A DNA stretch of 64,000 bases from Alphaproteobacteria bacterium. GTDB taxonomy: Bacteria; Pseudomonadota; Alphaproteobacteria; MPNO01. A program made the position numbers and the translations under genes. The notes beneath the pieces were generated by a model that was not told the origin of the DNA, searched no databases, and saw only the letters and a list, made by a program, of their open reading frames with translations. The DNA lies in assembly GCA_965231875.1 (NCBI GenBank), contig CBDDOM010000003.1, positions 417,899 through 481,898 of the forward strand. Direction: 5' to 3'. Of this stretch, positions 57,082 through 64,000 are shown one piece after another (the stretch's first letter is position 1; each line of letters starts with the position of its first letter).

Positions 57082-58665
57082 ATGGAACCAGGCCCCGGCA
57101 CGGTCGATCTCGCATCGCTTGCGCCTCCCTTGCAGGCACTGTTCGCGGGACAGCAAGCGGCTCTTGAGACGCTGCGCGTCGAGAACGCGGCGCTGAGCGA
57201 CCAGAACCGGCGCCTTGAACATCTGCTCGACGAGTTGCGCCGGGCGATGTTCGGGAAGAAGTCCGAGAAGCTCGACCCCGACCAGCTCCAGCTTGCCTTC
57301 GAGGAACTCGAAGGTGCGCTGGCTGAGGCCGGGGAAGAGGGTCCGACGGGCACGACGCCGGCGCCGCGCGCGAAGCGCCGCGCCGCGGAGCGCAACCTCG
57401 GTCATCTGCCGGCCCACCTGCCGCGCATCGAGCGGGTGATCGAACCCGAGAGCATCGAGTGCCCTTGCGGCTGCGGCCAGATGGTTCGTATCGGCGAAGA
57501 CCGCACCGAGCGGCTCGATATCGTTCCGGCGCAGTTCCGGGTGATCGTCACCGTGCGTCCGAAGTATGCCTGCCGCAAGTGCGAGGAAGGCGTCACCCAG
57601 GCACCGTCGCCCGCTTGGCTGATCGAGGGAGCGCTGCCGACCGAGGCGCTGCTCGCCCATGTTCTGGTGTCGAAGTTCGCGGACCATCTTCCGCTGTATC
57701 GCTTATCGCAGATCTTCGCCCGCTCGGGCATCGAGCTGCACCGTTCGACGCTGGCCGAGTGGGTCGGCAAGGCGTCGTTCCACCTTGGGCCCGTGTTCGA
57801 CTGCCTGAAGGCGGAACTGAAGACGTCGAGTACGCTGGGGCTGGACGAGACCACGGTTCGGGTGCTCGACCCGGGCCGGGGCAAGACGAAGACAGGCTAC
57901 ATGTGGACGATGGCGCGCGACGAGCGGTCGTGGTCCGGGGCCGACCCGCCGGGCGTGATCTATGAGTATGCACCGAGCCGCAGTGGCAAGCATGGTGAGA
58001 CGTTGCTCGAGGGCTTCCAGGGAACGGTGCAGGTCGACGGCTATGCCGGCCACAACCGGCTGGCCCGGTCGACCCGGCCGGGCGGAGCTCTGACGCTGGC
58101 AGCATGTTGGATCCACGCGAGGCGGGGGCTCAAGGAGGTGTTCGACAGCAACGGCTCGCCGATCGCGAAGGCCGGACTGGAGCGCATCGCGCAGCTCTAC
58201 AAGATCGAGGACAGGATCCGGGGCGAGAAGCCGGCGACGCGCCAGTTCGTCCGGTGGACCGAGTCCGCGCCGCTGGTGAACGCCTTCGGCGTGTGGCTCG
58301 ACGAGCAGCGCTCGCGCGTCTCGCCACGCTCGCGCCTGGGCGAGAAGCTGACCTATATCGCCAACCAGTGGGGCAGGATGCTGGTGTTCCTCTACGACGG
58401 GCGCGTCGAGATGGACAGCAACTTCGTCGAGAACCGGATCCGACCGATCAAGCTCACCGCGAAGAATGCGCTGTTCGCCGGCCACGACGAGGGCGCTCGC
58501 TCCTGGGGCCGCGCCGGCTCGCTCATCGAGACCTGCAAGATGAACGGCGTTGAGCCCTACGCCTGGCTCAAGAATACGCTGGAGAAAATCGCCGCCGGCC
58601 ACCCGCTGTCGAAAATCCACGAGCTGTTGCCCTGGAACTTCGAGCCCGGGGCCAACCCCACCTGA
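57082..58665 (+). CDS. tnpC: IS66 DDE transposase TnpC
   Basis: FGKKSEK, LPAHLPR, CPCGC, KFADHLPLYR, DET, VDGYAG, CWIHARR, DSNFVENRIR, ELLPW. Confidence 0.95.
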   Translation: MEPGPGTVDLASLAPPLQALFAGQQAALETLRVENAALSDQNRRLEHLLDELRRAMFGKKSEKLDPDQLQLAFEELEGALAEAGEEGPTGTTPAPRAKRRAAERNLGHLPAHLPRIERVIEPESIECPCGCGQMVRIGEDRTERLDIVPAQFRVIVTVRPKYACRKCEEGVTQAPSPAWLIEGALPTEALLAHVLVSKFADHLPLYRLSQIFARSGIELHRSTLAEWVGKASFHLGPVFDCLKAELKTSSTLGLDETTVRVLDPGRGKTKTGYMWTMARDERSWSGADPPGVIYEYAPSRSGKHGETLLEGFQGTVQVDGYAGHNRLARSTRPGGALTLAACWIHARRGLKEVFDSNGSPIAKAGLERIAQLYKIEDRIRGEKPATRQFVRWTESAPLVNAFGVWLDEQRSRVSPRSRLGEKLTYIANQWGRMLVFLYDGRVEMDSNFVENRIRPIKLTAKNALFAGHDEGARSWGRAGSLIETCKMNGVEPYAWLKNTLEKIAAGHPLSKIHELLPWNFEPGANPT

Positions 58666-58727
58666 TCGCGGCGCTCAACCCGACCTCCCACAAATCCCGT
58701 CCGTCAACCCTGACCTCGACGTGGGGC

Positions 58728-60410
58728 TCAGATACCGCTTACAGCGCTTGCGGCGCGGATGCCGCTGATGGTGGCGTTGGGCAATATCGCATCGGGGTCG
58801 ATCTGGAGCTCGATCAGGGCGGGGGTCTCGGCTTTTCGCGCGCGTTCGAACGACTCGGCGAAGTCTTCCGTGCGGGTCACCGTCTCTCCGTGCAGGCCGT
58901 AGGCCCTGGCGAGCATGGCGAAATCCGGGTTGGCGAGGTCGGTGGCGATTACCCGTCCGGGATAGTGCCGTTCCTGGTGCATGCGGATTGTGCCGTAGGT
59001 GCCGTTATTGACCACCAGGAAGGTGAGATTTGCGAGGCCCTGCGCGGCGGCGGTCGCGATCTCCTGTCCGTTCATCAGGAAGTCGCCGTCGCCGCACCAT
59101 GACACGACCTCGCGTTCGGGATGCAGGATCGCGGCGGCGACGCCCGCCGGGACGCCGTAGCCCATCGAGCCGCTTTGCGGCGACAGCTGGGTGCGGAACC
59201 CGCGATAGCGGTGGAACCGGTGCAGCCACTGGGAAAAGTTTCCCGCGCCGTTGGAGATGATGGCGTTTTCCGGGAGCACGCTCTCCAGATGCCGCACCGC
59301 ATGGGCGAGGTTGAGCGTGCCCGGCATCTCGGTCGGCTCCGCGTAAGCCTCGCAGGCGGCCCGGATTGCGCTTCGGTACTCTGCCCAGGGAGGGTTCCCG
59401 ACCGGATCGAGCGTTGCGAGCGCGGCGGCGAATGCCGCCATGCCGGCATTGATCCCGAGATCGGGCTGATAGACCTTGCCGATCTCGTCGATCCCGGGAT
59501 GTGCGTGCACCAGCCCTTGCCGCGGTTTGGGGAGGGCGAGGAGCGAATAGCCCTGGGTGATGACCTCGCCGAGCTGGGCGCCGGCCACCAGCAAGAGATC
59601 GGAGTCCCGTACCGCCGCGGCCAAGGCTGGATTTGCGCCGAGCCCGACCACCCCGACATAGCCCGGATGGCGGTTGTCGAACAAATCCTGGCGGCGAAAC
59701 CCGACGGCGACCGGGAGGTCGTTGGCCTCCGCGAAAGTTCGCAGATCGTCACAGGCGCGGTCTGTCCAGCCACTGCCGCCGACGAGGACGAGGGGACGTT
59801 CCGCCCGCGCCAGCATGTCGCGCAGCCGCGCCATGTCCTCCGGGGCCGGGCTGGGCTGCACCTCCTCATAGGCCGCGCCGTCCTCGATCTCGGCGCGGTC
59901 GGTCTGCATGTCCTCCGGCAGCGCCAGCACCACCGGCCCGGCGCGTCCCGATGTCGCCGTGCGGAAGGCGCGGTTGACGTATTCCGGAATCCGGGCTGGA
60001 TCGTCGATCTGGCCCGTCCATTTGGTGAGCTCGCCCATCATCCGGCGGAAGTCGATCTCCTGGAACGCTTCGCGGTCCGCCATACCGCGCGCGACCTGGC
60101 CGACGAAGACGATGACCGGCGTGGAATCCTGGCGCGCGGTGTGGATGCCGACGCTCGCATTGGTTGCCCCCGGACCGCGGGTAACGAAGCAGATACCGGG
60201 CCGTCCGGTCAGCTTGCCGTAGGCCTCCGCCATATAGGCGGCGCCGCCTTCCTGGCGGCAGGTGACGATCCGAATCCGGTCGCGGACGTCGAAGAGCGCG
60301 TCGAGGGTCGCGATATAGCTCTCGCCCGGGACGCAGAAGATCGTATCCACGCCATGGGTGAGCAGCGCGTCGGCGAGGATCTGGCCGCCGGTCCTCAGAT
60401 TGCTGGTCAT
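58728..60410 (-). CDS. ThDP-dependent enzyme, acetolactate synthase large subunit-like
   Basis: FCVPGES, RQEGGAAYMAEAYGK, TRGPGATN, GSMGYG, GDGDFLM...VNN; last four codons and stop lie inside the IS66 end. Confidence 0.9.
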   Translation of the reverse strand: MTSNLRTGGQILADALLTHGVDTIFCVPGESYIATLDALFDVRDRIRIVTCRQEGGAAYMAEAYGKLTGRPGICFVTRGPGATNASVGIHTARQDSTPVIVFVGQVARGMADREAFQEIDFRRMMGELTKWTGQIDDPARIPEYVNRAFRTATSGRAGPVVLALPEDMQTDRAEIEDGAAYEEVQPSPAPEDMARLRDMLARAERPLVLVGGSGWTDRACDDLRTFAEANDLPVAVGFRRQDLFDNRHPGYVGVVGLGANPALAAAVRDSDLLLVAGAQLGEVITQGYSLLALPKPRQGLVHAHPGIDEIGKVYQPDLGINAGMAAFAAALATLDPVGNPPWAEYRSAIRAACEAYAEPTEMPGTLNLAHAVRHLESVLPENAIISNGAGNFSQWLHRFHRYRGFRTQLSPQSGSMGYGVPAGVAAAILHPEREVVSWCGDGDFLMNGQEIATAAAQGLANLTFLVVNNGTYGTIRMHQERHYPGRVIATDLANPDFAMLARAYGLHGETVTRTEDFAESFERARKAETPALIELQIDPDAILPNATISGIRAASAVSGI

Positions 60411-61063
60411 GTGTCGATGAACTCGTCCAGGAAAATGGTGTATTTCTGCAGCTTGGGCTTGTCGGCGTCTTCCGGGTCGACGTAGCGGATCGAGCTCTTT
60501 CCCTTGAGCCGGCGGGGCAGGATCATCACCCGCGAGAAATGCCCCGGCGCGTCGTCCGGCGCCCACGCATGGACCGGGTCGGGACCGGCCTCGAACCACG
60601 CATCGTATTCGCCGAATTCCGTCGTCTCACCATGAACGCGGACGTTGAAGCCGCCCTTGAGCAGACAGCGTATGCCGCCGCCCTGATGGGTGTGGGTATA
60701 GGCAATCCCGCCGGGTGGAAGCTCGACCTTGTCGCATCGGAGCAGGTAGCCGTCCGGATCGTCGAGCCTGAGCGATGCTTCGAGCTTGCGTTCCGTGCTC
60801 ACGCCCGCGCCGGTGGGGTCGGCTTCGTCGGGGTCGAGCTCGTAACGAAGCAGGCACGCTCCCTGCGCGCCGGCGGCGACCGAGAGCGGACCGGTATGAA
60901 AGAACGCCGAGTTCGGGGCCAGGGTCGCGGTCGCGCCGCCGGAAGAAACCGTAACCATCCCCTCCGACACGTAGATCGCACGAATCCCCGGGGGAAGCGC
61001 TTCCTCCAGCGAGGCCCCCGCTTCGAAATCGTCCCTTGTAAGGCGGAGAAGGTGATCCGTCAT
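60407..61063 (-). CDS. Cupin-like hypothetical protein
   Basis: PPGGIAYTHTHQGGGIRCLLKG, AWFEAG; ATGA coupling to downstream gene. Confidence 0.65.
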   Translation of the reverse strand: MTDHLLRLTRDDFEAGASLEEALPPGIRAIYVSEGMVTVSSGGATATLAPNSAFFHTGPLSVAAGAQGACLLRYELDPDEADPTGAGVSTERKLEASLRLDDPDGYLLRCDKVELPPGGIAYTHTHQGGGIRCLLKGGFNVRVHGETTEFGEYDAWFEAGPDPVHAWAPDDAPGHFSRVMILPRRLKGKSSIRYVDPEDADKPKLQKYTIFLDEFIDT

Positions 61064-61222
61064 GCACTATTTCCGGCCGTGAGCGCCCGCCGAGTCGGGC
61101 CTTGAGCTACCTAATCATACCGTCCGGGTGCCCACAACACGCCGGCCCGACCGCGATTTGACCGGGTTTCTCTCCGGGGTATGATCGCCTGTACGGCAAG
61201 CTGGGAAGGAACGAACAAGTCA

Positions 61223-62731
61223 ATGCTAAATCATACGGTTAAAGTCTATCCTTCAAAAGAAGTCTTAGAAAGGAAAGACCAGCTTGCATGGAAAATCGCC
61301 GCCGTCGCCACCGATCCCGTGGCGGTCGAGCCGGCGGTGCTCGACATGACGGTCAACCGGATAATCGACAATGCCGCCGTAGCGGTGGCTGCGCTCGATC
61401 GCGGCCCGGTCGCCGCCGCCCGGGCGCAGGCGCTTGCCCATCCCCGAGACGGAGGCGCGGCCGTGTTCGGCATCGCGTCGGAGCGCCGCTTCGCCGCGGA
61501 ATGGGCCGCGTGGGCGAACGGGACGGCGGTCCGCGAACTCGATTTCCACGACACGTTCCTGGCCGCGGACTACTCCCATCCCGGCGACAACATCCCGGCC
61601 ATCCTTGCGGTCGCCCAGCAGACGGGGCGGGGCGGCGAAGACCTCGTGCGCGGCATCGCGACCGGATACGAGATCCAGATCGACCTGGTGAAGGGCATCT
61701 GTCTCCACGCCCACAAGATCGACCACATCGCCCATCTCGGCCCTTCCGCGGCGGCGGGGTTGGGCACGCTGCTCGGGCTTTCGACCGAAACCGTGTACCA
61801 GGCCGTGCAGCAGGCGCTGCACACTTCCGTCAGCACGCGACAGTCGCGCAAGGGCGAAATCTCCAGTTGGAAGGCGTTTGCGCCGGCCCATGCGGGCAAG
61901 CTCGCGATCGAGGCGGTGGACCGCGCGATGCGGGGGGAGGGCGCGCCGTCCCCGATCTACGAGGGGGAGGACAGCGTGATCGCCCGGGTGCTGGACGGAC
62001 CCGGTGCCGAGTACACGGTGCCGCTGCCCGCGCCGGGAGAGGCCAAGCGCGCGATCCTCGAATCCTATACCAAGGAGCATTCGGCCGAGTACCAGAGCCA
62101 GGCGATCATCGATCTCGCCTTCCGCATGCGGGACAGGATCGCCGATTTCGAGGAGATCGACCGACTCGTCCTCCATACCAGCCACCACACCCACTATGTG
62201 ATCGGGACCGGGGCGGGGGATCCCCAGAAGATGGACCCCGAGGCGAGCCGCGAGACGCTCGATCACAGCATCATGTACATCCTCGCCGTGGCCCTGCAGG
62301 ACGGCGAGTGGCACCACATCCGGTCCTACGCGCCGGAACGCGCGGCGCGGCCGGATACCGTCCGCCTGTGGCACAAGATTTCGACGGTCGAGGACGAGGA
62401 GTGGACCGGGCGCTATCACGAGCCCGATCCCAGCAAGCGCGCCTTCGGCGGGCGGCTCGAGATCGTGCTCAAATCGGGCGAGACCGTCGTCGACGAGCTC
62501 GCCGTCGCCAACGCCCATTCCGCCGGGGCGCGACCTTTCGCGCGGGCGGATTACATCCGCAAGTTCGAGACCCTGGCCGACGGTATCGTCACGCCCGACG
62601 AGCAGCGGCGGTTCCTCGACCTGGTCCAGCGCCTGCCCGATCTCGGGCCGAAGGATCTCGGCGGACTCAATGTGGCCGTCGATCCCGCGGGCTTGCTCAA
62701 CGTCGAGCGTGACGACAGGGGGATATTCTGA
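61223..62731 (+). CDS. prpD: 2-methylcitrate dehydratase
   Basis: [55 protein letters not shown]; operon with prpB/prpC. Confidence 0.88.
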   Translation: MLNHTVKVYPSKEVLERKDQLAWKIAAVATDPVAVEPAVLDMTVNRIIDNAAVAVAALDRGPVAAARAQALAHPRDGGAAVFGIASERRFAAEWAAWANGTAVRELDFHDTFLAADYSHPGDNIPAILAVAQQTGRGGEDLVRGIATGYEIQIDLVKGICLHAHKIDHIAHLGPSAAAGLGTLLGLSTETVYQAVQQALHTSVSTRQSRKGEISSWKAFAPAHAGKLAIEAVDRAMRGEGAPSPIYEGEDSVIARVLDGPGAEYTVPLPAPGEAKRAILESYTKEHSAEYQSQAIIDLAFRMRDRIADFEEIDRLVLHTSHHTHYVIGTGAGDPQKMDPEASRETLDHSIMYILAVALQDGEWHHIRSYAPERAARPDTVRLWHKISTVEDEEWTGRYHEPDPSKRAFGGRLEIVLKSGETVVDELAVANAHSAGARPFARADYIRKFETLADGIVTPDEQRRFLDLVQRLPDLGPKDLGGLNVAVDPAGLLNVERDDRGIF

Positions 62732-63624
62732 TGCTGTTCGCGAAGAAAACGGCGGCGGAGAAACGCGCCGCGTTCCGGGCGGCGATAGACTCCGGCGCGC
62801 TATTGCAGTTGCCGGGTGCGTTCTCGCCCCTGGTGGCCGTGCTGGTCCAGGAGAAGGGTTTCGACGGCATCTATATTTCGGGTGCGGCGCTATCGGCCGA
62901 TCTTGCGCTGCCCGATATCGGGCTGACGACGCTGCAGGAGGTGGCCGCGCGGGGTCGCCAGATCGCGCGGGCGACCGACCTGCCGGCGCTGATCGACCTC
63001 GACACCGGGTTCGGCGAGCCGATGAACGCGGCGCGCTCGATCCAGGAAATCGAGGATGCCGGGCTCGCCGGTTGCCATCTGGAAGACCAGGTAAGCCCCA
63101 AGCGCTGCGGGCATCTGGACAACAAGGTCCTGATCCCCGCCGGGGACATGGCGCAGAAGATCCGCGCCGCGGCCGGTGCGAAACGCGACCCCAATTTTCT
63201 CTTGATGGCCCGGACCGATGCCAAGGCGTCCGAGGGGATGGATGCGGCGGTCGACCGCGCGAAGGCCTATGTCGATGCGGGGGCGGACGCGATCTTTCCC
63301 GAGGCGCTGACGACGATCCCCGAATACGAAGCCTTCCGGGCGGCGATCGATGTGCCGCTCCTGGCGAACCTCACCGAGTTCGGAAAAACCCCGCTCCTGT
63401 CCCGGGACCGGCTGGTGGAGCTCGGCTACAACATCGCGATCTACCCGGTGACGACGCTCCGGCTGGCGATGTTCGGGGTCGAGGAGGGGCTCGACATCCT
63501 CAAGGCCACGGGCAGCCAGGAAGAGGCCGTGCCCCGGATGCAGACCCGCAAGCGGCTCTATGAGCTGGTTCGCTACGAGGATTACAATCGATTCGACCAG
63601 AGCCTCTTCAATTTCAGAATCTGA
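62731..63624 (+). CDS. prpB: Methylisocitrate lyase
   Basis: YISGA, LPDIG, DLDTGFG, HLEDQ..PKRCGH, ARTDA, AIFPEA, NLTEFGKT. Confidence 0.95.
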   Translation: MLFAKKTAAEKRAAFRAAIDSGALLQLPGAFSPLVAVLVQEKGFDGIYISGAALSADLALPDIGLTTLQEVAARGRQIARATDLPALIDLDTGFGEPMNAARSIQEIEDAGLAGCHLEDQVSPKRCGHLDNKVLIPAGDMAQKIRAAAGAKRDPNFLLMARTDAKASEGMDAAVDRAKAYVDAGADAIFPEALTTIPEYEAFRAAIDVPLLANLTEFGKTPLLSRDRLVELGYNIAIYPVTTLRLAMFGVEEGLDILKATGSQEEAVPRMQTRKRLYELVRYEDYNRFDQSLFNFRI

Positions 63625-63658
63625 AACCGTAGGAGTCGGAACGGAAAGGGAGGATCGG

Positions 63659-64000
63659 ATGGCGGAACCGGAAATCCAGAAAGGTCTCGCCGGGGTCACG
63701 GTGGATACCACCGCGATCTCCAAGGTGATGCCGGAGACCAACTCGCTCACCTATCGCGGATACGCGGTGCAGGACCTCTGTGCGCATGCCTCTTTCGAGG
63801 AAGTCGCCTACCTGATGTGGAACGGGGATCTGCCCACGGACGCCCAACTCGACGGCCTCAAGGAAGAGGAAATCCGCCGGCGCGAAATCTCGGAGGACCA
63901 TGTCGCCGTCATCGAACGATTTCCCCGCGACGCCCATCCGATGGACACGCTGAGGACGGCGGTCAGCTATCTCGGCACCACCGAAACGGCGTGGGGCGGG
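63659..64000 (+). CDS. prpC: 2-methylcitrate synthase / citrate synthase (partial, runs off window)
   Basis: Manual translation MAEPEIQKGLAGVTVDTTAISKVMPETNSLTYRGYAVQDL...FEEVAYLMWNG...AHPMDTLRTAVS; GGGAGG RBS. Confidence 0.88.
   Translation, partial: MAEPEIQKGLAGVTVDTTAISKVMPETNSLTYRGYAVQDLCAHASFEEVAYLMWNGDLPTDAQLDGLKEEEIRRREISEDHVAVIERFPRDAHPMDTLRTAVSYLGTTETAWGG

Larger units (their letters stand above)
56111..58742 (+). mobile_element. Complete IS66 family insertion sequence (2632 bp)
   Basis: Ends GTAAGCGGT... and ...ACCGCTTAC; 8-bp TSD AGCGCTTG at 56103-56110 and 58743-58750; tnpA-tnpB-tnpC. Confidence 0.95.

Overview
GC-rich bacterial chromosome segment, most likely alphaproteobacterial (Rhodospirillales-like, inferred from the murA-DUF2948-hisG-hisD-UPF0262-LMW phosphatase-maf-rng-yacG-tRNA-Phe gene order). 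Left to right: (1) a Cys-rich Calx-beta/autotransporter-like surface protein next to tRNA-Phe; (2) the core murA/his cluster, which lacks its usual infA and has a yacG with no canonical start codon; (3) a roughly 45 kb catabolic region with no recognisable DNA-binding regulator, holding two TRAP systems, a TTT system, a NitT/TauT ABC system, an operon of three UbiD paralogues plus an SDR, two FMN alpha-hydroxy-acid dehydrogenases, a ThDP enzyme, and two paralogous DYPHWD-type amidohydrolase-fold proteins, one coupled to a Rieske ferredoxin and an unknown small protein (candidate dinuclear-metal oxygenase system); (4) a perfect parS palindrome; (5) a three-layer nested palindromic repeat/MITE and a complete IS66 with an 8-bp target duplication that replaced a host stop codon; (6) a prpD-prpB-prpC methylcitrate operon running off the window. 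Functional calls come from motif recognition by eye; no database searches were run.
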